A DNA stretch of 26,682 bases from Synergistaceae bacterium (GCA_030531285.1 JAUNNW010000002.1:1-26682); one strand, 5' to 3'. Numbered from the stretch's first letter, positions 1 to 8,404 are shown. Notes: generated by a model from the sequence alone, not told the origin. A program made the numbers and translations.

Positions 1-109
1 ATTTAATCATTTCTTCGGCACGATCTTCCGCGCTCCGGTTGCCTATGCATTTGAATGCCCGCTGTTTGTAAAATGCTCCGTCAATGAATATCGCGGTTTT
101 CATTCGCAT
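1..109 (-). CDS. NYN (LabA/DUF88, PIN-like) domain protein, 5' fragment running off the window edge
   Basis: Not in the ORF track. Manual translation from ATG at 109 (or 103) gives MRMKTAIFIDGAFYKQRAFKCIGNRSAEDRAEEMIK. The hydrophobic strand plus 'IDG' is the NYN N-terminal motif. AAAGGGG RBS lies just upstream. Confidence 0.7.
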   Translation of the reverse strand, partial: MRMKTAIFIDGAFYKQRAFKCIGNRSAEDRAEEMIK

Positions 110-194
110 CCAGCCCCTTTCTTTTTGGAAATTGATTGCGAGGTATATTTTCGCACAATTCTCTGATTTTGTCCCGTCATTTTTCAGACTGCAC

Positions 195-225
195 AAAAAA
201 CGGGCTGAAATTCATTCAGCCCGTT
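195..225 (-). terminator. Intrinsic terminator of the pilin operon
   Basis: 11-bp inverted repeat AACGGGCTGAA (199-209) / TTCAGCCCGTT (215-225), followed by a U run on the minus strand, 45 nt after the stop at 270. Confidence 0.8.
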
Positions 226-269
226 GGGATTTGTTTGGTCAGCCAAGTTTCAGCAATGCCGGAACGGCA

Positions 270-929
270 CTATTCCTCCATTATCTGCTTTTTTTGGGTA
301 TGAAGCTTTTTTACGGATAAGTTTCCGCCGCACAGATAAACCGCCGCTTCAGTGATATACACATATCGGTTTCCGTTTAAGGCTTTTTTAGGTTTAATTT
401 CCGTGACCAGAGCATACCGTTTGATTGCGTATTCGTTCCCTGTTTCGTTATTCCATATTTCAGCAGTTCGTTTTGGTATACCTAATTTTTGTGCTTCAGG
501 CATCCACGAAAGGCTGTAATTTTCGTCAACAATATACGCCTTAATTTCAATGTGGCGGTTTGCTGACGAAATTTCATCCATAACTTTATCGTCTGCTTTT
601 ATTACCGGATTTCCAAGCGATACAGCAGATGCCGAAAAATCAGGCAATATTTCGCCGTTTGAGATCATCCTTTTAAAGCTGTCTAAAAGCACGGCTTGAG
701 TCTGTACGGCAACATTGTCCGCTGTCAGTATTTCTGTCTGAAAACTCAGCGATTCGGAAAATTTCGTTGCGACAGTCAAACAGAGCGCGGCAGACAAAAT
801 TGCCGCGGTCAGAATGGGTAAAAATGTTATAACTGTTATCAGTCCGCGGTGTTTGGCTGAAAATTTTCTGTGTCTACACAATTTGTCAGGCTCCATACTG
901 TTTTCGACGCATACAGCGTTTTTTTGCAC
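270..929 (-). CDS. PilX/GspK-like minor pilin (start uncertain: GTG 929 or ATG 896)
   Basis: Basic leader, then KHRG|LITVITFLPILTAAILSAALCL. This is a class III signal peptide-like hydrophobic helix lacking Glu5, as in PilX/GspK. Last gene of the unit. Confidence 0.55.
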   Translation of the reverse strand: MQKNAVCVENSMEPDKLCRHRKFSAKHRGLITVITFLPILTAAILSAALCLTVATKFSESLSFQTEILTADNVAVQTQAVLLDSFKRMISNGEILPDFSASAVSLGNPVIKADDKVMDEISSANRHIEIKAYIVDENYSLSWMPEAQKLGIPKRTAEIWNNETGNEYAIKRYALVTEIKPKKALNGNRYVYITEAAVYLCGGNLSVKKLHTQKKQIMEE

Positions 930-1786
930 TCAAGCCTGCCCCACTCTTTAAGCAGTTCGGCATTTGATGCGTCTTTTTCAAAGTCAAGCAGTTTAATTTT
1001 TCTTTCCCGTCTTTCTTTGTTTCCCCGTGCAAGTATATATACCGCAAGCTGCTTTGTTCTGCCGTTTTTCAGGATAAAGCGCACGTCTTCTATGCCGTCA
1101 ACGCGCGGCTGAGAACCGCTTGTTCTGTAATCATAACTGTACAATTTTCCGTCAGCAGCATACAATTTCATAGCACAGAACAGATACAGCACTTCTCCGC
1201 TTGGTATGCAAAAACTTCCCTGAGAAGAAGTACCCAGCACAAGCGAGTTTCCCGAGATTTTACTTATCAGCAGCGGAACGGGTTTAGGAGACATTCCGCC
1301 GAAAAAAACGTAATTTTTGATACCGGCATACTCTCCGCTGTACGCAGCTTTGATTTTGTCGGAAGGCAGATTCTGATTGAATTTTACAGTGCCGCTGCCG
1401 GTAAAGGTTGTTTTGGCAGAGGTAAAGCATTTTTCTCTTTTTGCGTAGGCGATTTTCAGCTGTGCGTTATTTCTTCCGTTGTAAGAAGCAACCGACACGG
1501 GTCCTTCCCAAGAAAGCGGTTCGGATGAGGCATTTTGGAATGTCTTTTTGTATTCTGCCGCGTCAGAAGGCATTCCGTAACCACAGAAAAAGACAGGCTG
1601 TTTCATAACAGCTTCCGCCGCGCATATTCTTTGCAGCGCTGTGCGCGTATCATAGAGGCGCAGGCAGTTGTCAACGGTATTTTTGAACAACGAGAGAATG
1701 ACGGGGAAAAACATGGCAGCTATAAATGCCGCTGACAGTGTTTCAACAAGTATTGAACCTTTACTTTTTCCAAAATACTGTTGCAT
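839..1786 (-). CDS. PilW/GspJ-like minor pilin with prepilin-type N-terminus
   Basis: Probable start MQQYFGKSKG|SILVETLSAAFIAAMFF at ATG 1786: Gly-1, Glu+5, hydrophobic helix. The ORF-track extension to 1870 overlaps the upstream gene more deeply. Confidence 0.65.
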   Translation of the reverse strand: MQQYFGKSKGSILVETLSAAFIAAMFFPVILSLFKNTVDNCLRLYDTRTALQRICAAEAVMKQPVFFCGYGMPSDAAEYKKTFQNASSEPLSWEGPVSVASYNGRNNAQLKIAYAKREKCFTSAKTTFTGSGTVKFNQNLPSDKIKAAYSGEYAGIKNYVFFGGMSPKPVPLLISKISGNSLVLGTSSQGSFCIPSGEVLYLFCAMKLYAADGKLYSYDYRTSGSQPRVDGIEDVRFILKNGRTKQLAVYILARGNKERRERKIKLLDFEKDASNAELLKEWGRLECKKTLYASKTVWSLTNCVDTENFQPNTAD

Positions 1787-2087
1787 TTTTTTCTTCGCGC
1801 ACCACAGAATTTTTGGGCGTAATAACAATTTTGGCGTATCCGTTGGCTGCGGTGCTTTCTGATACTGCATATCTGCAGTTAGTATTGTATTTTCCGCTGT
1901 ACTCCAATCCGCTCAGCGTTTCCAGGCAATATTTTTGCAAAGTATAATTTTCAACAGCGTTCACAGCAATTTTTTCGGAGTAGACTGTCAGGGAATAGAT
2001 TATACCGGACAGGACAAAAGCCAGCGTAACTCCAAGTACAGTTTCAAGAAGGGCAAAGGCATTCTTTTTTTTACGCAGCATTTTCAT
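1761..2087 (-). CDS. PilV/GspI-like minor pilin
   Basis: MKMLRKKKNA|FALLETVLGVTLAFVLSGIIY has Phe+1, Glu+5 and a hydrophobic helix. 108 aa; ATGA overlap with the ATPase stop. Confidence 0.7.
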   Translation of the reverse strand: MKMLRKKKNAFALLETVLGVTLAFVLSGIIYSLTVYSEKIAVNAVENYTLQKYCLETLSGLEYSGKYNTNCRYAVSESTAANGYAKIVITPKNSVVREEKNATVFWKK

Positions 2088-3736
2088 TTCTCAGAGTCAA
2101 ACATATACAGTTCGTCCGCACTGACTTCCGCGTTCAAAATTTTTGCCGCAAGGGCATCATGCAAGGTTTTCATGCCGCGTTCCAAAGCGTAGTGAAGCAT
2201 AGCCTGTGCAGATGCGCCGGAGGTTATCATCCCGGATATATTTTTATCAAGCGGCAAAATTTCGGCTATAACAGTTCTTCCGCTGCTTCCTGTATGTCTG
2301 CAGTGTTCACAGCCTTCCGCCCTGTATATGCGCGCACCGTTTTTGCATTTCAGAAGTTCCAGCGTTTTTGCATCTGCGTTATATTCTTTCATACACGATG
2401 GACAAAGTCTGCGCACAAGCCTCTGAGCTGCGACGCATTTCAGCGAAGCAGCCAAGAGATACGGCTGAATGCCCATATCAAGCAGTCTGTTGACAGCGCT
2501 TACCGTATTATCGGCATGAAGCGTGCTTAAAACAAGATGTCCCGTCAGTGCGGCTCTTATCGCAAGTTCAGCGGTTTCGGTGTCCCTTATTTCGCCGACC
2601 ATAATTTTATCCGGATCCTGTCTCAGCACGGAACGGAGTATGTTGCTGAAGCTTAGGCCGATTTTGTCGTTCACCTGCACCTGGTTAATGCCTTGCAGCG
2701 TATATTCCACAGGGTCCTCTATGCTGATTACGTTGCATTTGCTGCTGTTCAATTTTTTCATCAGGGCATGCAGCGTTGTCGATTTGCCGCTTCCGGTAGG
2801 ACCGACAATCAGAATTAAACCGCTATCAAGCTTTATTGATTTGTACAGTATCTCTATATCTTGTTTTTCAAAACCGAGTTTTTCAAGTTCAAAGCTGCTG
2901 AGATCCTGTTTCAGAAGCCTGAGAACAGCTTTTTCTCCGAATATTGTGGGCATCGTTGAAATTCTTATATCAACCATGCTGTTTGCAGTCCTGTAAAACA
3001 TTCTTCCGTCCTGCGGACGCCGCTTTTCAGCTATATCCATATTCGCTGCGATTTTAAGCCGTGCGATGATCTGTGAATGAAGTTCAGAATCAAAATTCAG
3101 CAGATTAAATAGTGTTCCGTCAATTCTGCAGCGTACTCTCGTCATATCTCCTACGGGTTCGAAATGCACGTCAGAGGCACTGTATTCGATTGCCTTTTGC
3201 AAAATCGCATTTATAAATTCGGCAGCGGCATTTTTCTCCTCCGCCTGTATAACAGAAATTTCTGTTTCTTGTTTTACGGCTTTTTTACTCTCCGGACGTT
3301 CAACGGCAGAGTAGAATTTATAAAAAAGTTTTATAAGTGAAACAAGCTCTGTTTTCGGAGTCACATACAGCTTAAGTCTTCCTGAAATTAGTTTAAGTTC
3401 GTCAATAACAGACGTATCAAACGGGTTGGAAACTGCAGCTTTCAGCACTCCGTCAGACAATTCGAGAGGCAGGACGTTCAGGCGTACAGCTGAACTCTCC
3501 GGAATAAGATTAAGCGCTGAATAATGCGGACAAAGCTCTCCTGATGCTGCAAATTCGCAGTCACAAACCTCAGCTGTTATTTTTGCCGCTGCTCTCTCAG
3601 GAAAGGTTTCGCTTTCAAAAATTTTCGCAAGCTGTTTTCTGTCTTCAAAGGCTGCTTTCAGAACGGCAGTCTTTTCTTCTTCCGAAACACCTTTCAGTGC
3701 ATCAAGTATTCCACTTATTCGTTCCCGTGTATCCAT
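2084..3736 (-). CDS. GspE/PilB-family type II secretion / type IV pilus assembly ATPase
   Basis: ASDVHFEP, MDIAEKRRPQDGR, Walker A GPTGSGKST, SIEDPVEY, LRQDPDKIMVGEIRD, TGHLVLSTLH, and Zn cysteines CPSC...CEHC. Confidence 0.95.
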   Translation of the reverse strand: MDTRERISGILDALKGVSEEEKTAVLKAAFEDRKQLAKIFESETFPERAAAKITAEVCDCEFAASGELCPHYSALNLIPESSAVRLNVLPLELSDGVLKAAVSNPFDTSVIDELKLISGRLKLYVTPKTELVSLIKLFYKFYSAVERPESKKAVKQETEISVIQAEEKNAAAEFINAILQKAIEYSASDVHFEPVGDMTRVRCRIDGTLFNLLNFDSELHSQIIARLKIAANMDIAEKRRPQDGRMFYRTANSMVDIRISTMPTIFGEKAVLRLLKQDLSSFELEKLGFEKQDIEILYKSIKLDSGLILIVGPTGSGKSTTLHALMKKLNSSKCNVISIEDPVEYTLQGINQVQVNDKIGLSFSNILRSVLRQDPDKIMVGEIRDTETAELAIRAALTGHLVLSTLHADNTVSAVNRLLDMGIQPYLLAASLKCVAAQRLVRRLCPSCMKEYNADAKTLELLKCKNGARIYRAEGCEHCRHTGSSGRTVIAEILPLDKNISGMITSGASAQAMLHYALERGMKTLHDALAAKILNAEVSADELYMFDSEK

Positions 3737-3801
3737 TTATTCTGTTCACTTCCGTTTCTGAGGCTATTTTACTACATTCAGGACCAACTTCCGGCATAAT
3801 A

Positions 3802-3829
3802 TAAAAAATCCGGCATTATACCGGATTTT
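3802..3829 (-). terminator. Intrinsic terminator after rsfS
   Basis: AAAATCCGG (3805-3813) / CCGGATTTT (3821-3829) stem overlapping the rsfS stop, with a U run on the minus strand. Confidence 0.7.
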
Positions 3830-4214
3830 ACTTAAAAAGTTCTTCTGCCGGATCTGATTCATCCGTAAATTTTTCATTTGGTGCATCGCCCCAAAGCGAG
3901 TCAAGCCTGTAGTAATTGCTTCCTTCCTTGCTGAGTATGTTAATTACCAGATGACCGGCATCAACAAGGCACCATTTGCTGCTGTCTGCTCCCTCAACAT
4001 TGTACGGTACGTTTATTTTGTCAAGAAATTCCTCTGCCGTGTCTCGCAAGGTTTTCGCATGAAGGTCGCTGCGGGCTATCGCAACAATAAATGCTTCGGT
4101 AAAACCCGAAACTTCACTCAAATCATGTACGCTGACTTCAAGAGCCTGTTTGTCCATCAAAGCATCTACTACGGGTTTGTAATTTCTCATAAAATTTTCG
4201 TTAGGCTGCATCAT
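3828..4214 (-). CDS. rsfS: Ribosome silencing factor RsfS (Iojap/YbeB)
   Basis: DKQALEVSVHDL...FIVAIARSDLHAKTL...WCLVDAGHLVINIL...YYRLDSLWGDA; AGGAGG RBS; usual position downstream of nadD. Confidence 0.9.
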   Translation of the reverse strand: MMQPNENFMRNYKPVVDALMDKQALEVSVHDLSEVSGFTEAFIVAIARSDLHAKTLRDTAEEFLDKINVPYNVEGADSSKWCLVDAGHLVINILSKEGSNYYRLDSLWGDAPNEKFTDESDPAEELFK

Positions 4215-4249
4215 TGTTTCCTCCTGTGAAATTTAATCCATACGGCGAT

Positions 4250-5740
4250 TTATTTTGAGGCTTGCTTTATACTTTCAAGCACTTTAAATACTTCTTTGTA
4301 GTCATGCCCGAGTATGACAGACACTTTTGTCACCTGGGCGTTCGGACGTATCAAGTTGTCAGGCACACAAAGCAGCGCTCCGAGTTTCTTTGCGCTTTCC
4401 GCATCGGAAGAACCTGTGCCCGAAGGATAAGAAATAGTCGAAGCCGCACCCGTTGGATATGAAATATTTGTGTACATGTAATCGCTGTGTTTTGCATTGC
4501 CTACGTAGACTACGTCCACGCCCAGTGTCTGCAATTCTCTGGCAAGCGAAGCCGAGATTCCTTTAGCTCCTGATCCGTTAAGCACGGCAACAGGCTGTGT
4601 AATGCTTTGAACAGTCTTAAGTATTTCTTCCTTATCCTTTACAGCCGCGTTTTTTTTGCCTCCTGACGTCTGCTTTGCTTCTTCGGATGCGGACGAATAA
4701 CCCTTGGTATAGCCGGCAATAGCTCCAGACTCGCCAAGTTCGCTGTTCCCGTTCTTGAGTTCATCAAGCGAAGCATTTATAAAACGTCTTCCGTATGCAG
4801 AATCGCCTATCCAGAAACTGAGTCCGTCTATAAGATCCGCGGTTCCGTACAGTGTGCTCATAAAAATATTTTCGCGCTTAAATTCGGACACCGCGAAACT
4901 TGCAAGGGCGGTTGCAAGATTAATCGGCATATTTGTCTGGAAGACCTTAAGCGCGCTTGATACAATTGACGGAAAATGTGTTATAACCGTCGGTGAATAA
5001 GCCTTTTTCAGCAGAGCTTTTATAAACTGCTGCTGTCTTTGAACGCGACCTATGTCACCCTGCGCGTCTTTCCTGAATCTTACGTAAAGCAGAGCATTTT
5101 TACCATCCATATGCTGCATGCCAGGCTGGAAATTTATATCCAGATGTCCTGCTCTGTCCACGTAGCGCATTCTCTTTTTAACGTCTATATCAACTCCGCC
5201 AAACGCGTCCACCAGCTTTGGGAAATTGTCGTAGTTCACGACAACGTAATAAAGTATCGGTTCGTTAAGATAATTTTCAACTGTGGTTTTCAGAAGTTCC
5301 ACTCCGCCGTAAGCGAAAGAACTGTTCAGTTTGTGAGTCCCATGTCCCGGAATTTCGACCCTGGTGTCACGCGGCAGCGCAAGCACTTTAACGCATTTGT
5401 CATCCAATTCAACCGTAACGAAAAGAATTGTATCCGAGCGTTTGGACCCCTCTACATCATCCTCACCGAGAACAAGCATATTGAAATGTCCCTGTTCTTT
5501 GAGCGCTTTGTATTCCGGAGACTCCTCTAACAATTTTCCTGCGATGTTATCGGTAATGTCTTCGGAGGTGGCATTGATTATTGAATGCAGATGCATCGCC
5601 GCTCCGGCGCAGAAAACAACTAAAACCGCGGCAACAAACAGCACCGCAAAACCTTTGTGTGCAAACAAACCGCGCCTGCGGACGTAGGAAATTCTTTCTC
5701 CGTCAATATTTAATCTGCCTTTTTTTTCTTTTTTAAACAT
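4250..5740 (-). CDS. LCP (LytR-CpsA-Psr) family protein with C-terminal LytR_C domain
   Basis: N-terminal TM helix; NMLVLGED, RSDTI, LPRDTRV, KLNSSFAYGG, ALLYVRFRK, GDIGRVQRQQQFI; C-terminal VAVLNGSG...VILGHDY. Probable start ATG 5740 overlaps the nadD stop by 8 nt. Confidence 0.9.
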   Translation of the reverse strand: MFKKEKKGRLNIDGERISYVRRRGLFAHKGFAVLFVAAVLVVFCAGAAMHLHSIINATSEDITDNIAGKLLEESPEYKALKEQGHFNMLVLGEDDVEGSKRSDTILFVTVELDDKCVKVLALPRDTRVEIPGHGTHKLNSSFAYGGVELLKTTVENYLNEPILYYVVVNYDNFPKLVDAFGGVDIDVKKRMRYVDRAGHLDINFQPGMQHMDGKNALLYVRFRKDAQGDIGRVQRQQQFIKALLKKAYSPTVITHFPSIVSSALKVFQTNMPINLATALASFAVSEFKRENIFMSTLYGTADLIDGLSFWIGDSAYGRRFINASLDELKNGNSELGESGAIAGYTKGYSSASEEAKQTSGGKKNAAVKDKEEILKTVQSITQPVAVLNGSGAKGISASLARELQTLGVDVVYVGNAKHSDYMYTNISYPTGAASTISYPSGTGSSDAESAKKLGALLCVPDNLIRPNAQVTKVSVILGHDYKEVFKVLESIKQASK

Positions 5741-6347
5741 ATAAACCTTTTTCAACAATATATTTTTCTACAGACGGCGGGACAAGATATTTGATGCTTT
5801 TCCCGTCAATTATACGTCTGCGCAGTTCCGTACCGGATATTTCCAAAAGCGGCATTTCAAGCGGAATAACAGTTCTTCTGATATTCTCCGGAAGTGACGA
5901 GATTTTGTCTTGCGTGTATCCGGGCCTGCTGACGGCAGCAATCCTGCACAACGCAGCTATTGCCTCCGGCGATTTCCAGTTTATTATATCAAGAACCGCA
6001 TCAAAACCGGTAATAAAATATAACTCAGCTTTAGTATATTCCGGATTTTTTTTAAGCGTTTCAAGCGTTTCAAACGTATAACTCTTGTCCTGTCTGTCAG
6101 TTTCAATGCGCGAAACCGAAAAGTACGGGCAGTCCTGTATAGCAAGCAGTGTCATATTGTACCTGTCCTCTGCAGGGGCAAGATTTTCGCTTTTGTGCGG
6201 AGGATTGCCGGCAGGAATGAATATTACTTTTTCCAGCGACAGTCTTTCTCTTGCTTCCTCTGCAGCCCGCAGATGACCGTAATGAACAGGGTTGAACGTC
6301 CCGCCCATTATACCGATTTTAAGCGCATCTTTGGCAGTTTCCATCAA
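5733..6347 (-). CDS. nadD: Nicotinate-nucleotide adenylyltransferase
   Basis: IGIMGGTFNPVHYGHL (HxGH), PPHK, SYTFETL, YFITGFDA, ISGTELRRRI, YLVPPSVEKYI. Confidence 0.95.
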   Translation of the reverse strand: MMETAKDALKIGIMGGTFNPVHYGHLRAAEEARERLSLEKVIFIPAGNPPHKSENLAPAEDRYNMTLLAIQDCPYFSVSRIETDRQDKSYTFETLETLKKNPEYTKAELYFITGFDAVLDIINWKSPEAIAALCRIAAVSRPGYTQDKISSLPENIRRTVIPLEMPLLEISGTELRRRIIDGKSIKYLVPPSVEKYIVEKGLYV

Positions 6348-7678
6348 TCGTCCTCTTCATCTTTTGCATTAGGGTAGTAGTCAGGATAGAATGCAAATTC
6401 TGAATAACCAATGACAATTATATCACCTTTAACCGCGCCGGCTGTTTCAAGAAGCTGCTCAATACGGTATTTACGCAGAAGCTTGGTAAAACGCGCAATG
6501 TTCTCTTCCTGAGTAAAATCAAAGCGCTCTGCCGCCTTTTCGAGCCCTCTGTGCAACACTCTGTAGCCTCCGCCGTGCATGGCAATAATCTGCACTTTGT
6601 TTGCGCCGCGCGCAGGAAACTGTTCAGGCAGTTTTTCCGCAACGGCATAAAGGCGTACCTCGCTGTGGGGGCGGGGATGTTTGTTTGCAAAGGCAATAAT
6701 ATATCTCGTAAGTTCAGATATATTATCGCCTGTTGCTGCCGAAAGCGGGCAAACTTTTATGTCAAATCTGCCGAAATACTTTTTGAGCTTTTCAAGAATG
6801 TCCTCTTTGTCTGCGCCAAGCATATCACACTTGTTTGCCGCGACAAAATACGGTCTCTTGCCAAGTTCTTTGTCGTAAGCTTCAAGCTCGCTGCGTATTG
6901 TCTGAAAATCGTTAATAATACTGTCAAAATCGCCGGAAGACACGTCAAGTACATGAATAAGCAGACGGCTTCTGTCAATATGTCTCAGAAATTCAAGACC
7001 GAGCCCTTTGTTTTCATGTGCCCCTTCAATAAGTCCGGGAACGTCAGCAAGCACAACGCGTTCAATCCCTGTATTTACAACGCCGAGATTTGGAGAAAGA
7101 GTCGTGAACGGATAATCTGCTATCTTCGGCTGTGCATTCGATATTGCGGCAAGTATTGACGATTTTCCAGCATTCGGAAGACCGACAAGGGCAATATCCG
7201 CAATCAGTTTGAGTTCAAGCCGCAGCGTAATCTCCTCGCCCATGTCGCCTTTTTCGCAAAAGCGCGGCGCACGTCTGCGAGAGCTTGCAAAATAGCGGTT
7301 GCCCCTTCCTCCGCGCCCGCCTCGTGCGGCAACAAAACGATCACCTGCTTCAACGAGGTCGGCAAGTCCCTCGCCGGTTTCCGCATCATAAAAAACAGTA
7401 CCGCACGGGACCGGTATAACTACGTCTTCACCGTTTGCGCCGTTCCTTGCATTTCCGCTGCCGTGCGATCCGTTTGCACCTTTTATATGACGCTTGTATT
7501 CAAGGTCAGCAAGCGTCTGTAGATTATTTACAGCTTCAAAGACAATGTTTCCTCCCCGTCCGCCGTTTCCTCCGTCAGGTCCTCCGTTCGGTTTGAAAGG
7601 CTCGTGAAGAAAACTCATGCACCCGTTTCCGCCGCGTCCAGCCGTAACTGAAATGGTAATGTAATCAACAAATTTCAT
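6344..7678 (-). CDS. obgE: GTPase ObgE/CgtA
   Basis: Gly-rich Obg fold (GGNGGRGG), G1 GLPNAGKSS, YPFTTLSPNLG, DVPGLIEGA, NKCD, and a C-terminal Obg domain. Confidence 0.97.
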   Translation of the reverse strand: MKFVDYITISVTAGRGGNGCMSFLHEPFKPNGGPDGGNGGRGGNIVFEAVNNLQTLADLEYKRHIKGANGSHGSGNARNGANGEDVVIPVPCGTVFYDAETGEGLADLVEAGDRFVAARGGRGGRGNRYFASSRRRAPRFCEKGDMGEEITLRLELKLIADIALVGLPNAGKSSILAAISNAQPKIADYPFTTLSPNLGVVNTGIERVVLADVPGLIEGAHENKGLGLEFLRHIDRSRLLIHVLDVSSGDFDSIINDFQTIRSELEAYDKELGKRPYFVAANKCDMLGADKEDILEKLKKYFGRFDIKVCPLSAATGDNISELTRYIIAFANKHPRPHSEVRLYAVAEKLPEQFPARGANKVQIIAMHGGGYRVLHRGLEKAAERFDFTQEENIARFTKLLRKYRIEQLLETAGAVKGDIIVIGYSEFAFYPDYYPNAKDEEDD

Positions 7679-7691
7679 AAAAAGTCCTCCG

Positions 7692-7722
7692 AAAAAATAA
7701 GGAGCCTTGTGCAGGCCCCTTA
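7692..7722 (-). terminator. Intrinsic terminator between rpmA and obgE
   Basis: Minus strand TAAGGGGCCT-gcaca-AGGCTCCTTA-TTTTTT: 10-bp stem with one G-U pair, then U6. Confidence 0.65.
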
Positions 7723-7743
7723 AATTCCGAATATTTTACCTGA

Positions 7744-7995
7744 TTAGGCCTCTTCTACCGTAACGTATTTGCGTCCGGCTTTTGTAAGGAAATGAACTTT
7801 GCCGGTCGCAAGTGCGTACAGCGTGTAATCGCGTCCGCAGCCTACGTTTTTGTCAGGACGGATTTTCGTGCCGCGCTGGCGGACTATAATCGTACCTGCG
7901 TTGATAAGCTGACCGTCACTGCTTTTTACGCCCAAATATTTAGGCTGACTGTCGCGTCCGTTTGTACTGCTGCTTTGACCTTTTTTATGCGCCAT
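7744..7995 (-). CDS. rpmA: 50S ribosomal protein L27
   Basis: [24 protein letters not shown]...[11 protein letters not shown]...GRDYTLYAL. Confidence 0.98.
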   Translation of the reverse strand: MAHKKGQSSSTNGRDSQPKYLGVKSSDGQLINAGTIIVRQRGTKIRPDKNVGCGRDYTLYALATGKVHFLTKAGRKYVTVEEA

Positions 7996-8012
7996 AATCT
8001 ATTCCCCCAAAC

Positions 8013-8321
8013 TTATGCGATTGCGCTGATTTCAACTGTCGTGAAATACTGGCGGTGTCCGCGGAATTTGCGGTAATTTTTCTTTCTGCGGTATTTGAAA
8101 ACGATAACCTTTTTGTCTCTGCCGTTTTCAACTACTTTACCTGTTACTTTCGCACCCTCAACATAAGGTGCGCCGACCGTAGCGCCGTCGTCTTTTCCGA
8201 GAAGAAGAACTTTGTCAAATACGACTTCCGCACCTTCTTCAGCGTTCAGTTTCTCGAAGCGGATTTTGTCGCCTTCAGAAACCTTGTACTGCTTGCCACA
8301 TGTTTCGATTACTGCATACAT
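8013..8321 (-). CDS. rplU: 50S ribosomal protein L21
   Basis: [14 protein letters not shown]...[24 protein letters not shown]; GGGAGG RBS. Confidence 0.98.
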   Translation of the reverse strand: MYAVIETCGKQYKVSEGDKIRFEKLNAEEGAEVVFDKVLLLGKDDGATVGAPYVEGAKVTGKVVENGRDKKVIVFKYRRKKNYRKFRGHRQYFTTVEISAIA

Positions 8322-8339
8322 ACTGTATTTTCCTCCCTC

Positions 8340-8385
8340 CGCTGTGCGCGGGCAGCCTCACGGCATTTCGTTAACCCGCACCATG
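8340..8385 (-). promoter_or_regulatory. Candidate structured 5' leader of rplU (L21-leader position)
   Basis: Minus strand GTGCGGG...CCCGCGC outer stem with an inner GCC-GTGA-GGC GNRA hairpin, between the promoter and the RBS. Family assignment is unverified. Confidence 0.4.
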
Positions 8386-8404
8386 CGTGTTCTGCAACTG
8401 GTAG

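Noticed and set aside
137-155. TGCGA-N9-TCGCA palindrome upstream of the NYN gene
   Set aside because: Only 5-bp arms; too weak to call an operator.
6551-7159. 202-aa plus-strand ORF
   Set aside because: Antisense shadow of obgE, with no RBS or recognisable motif.
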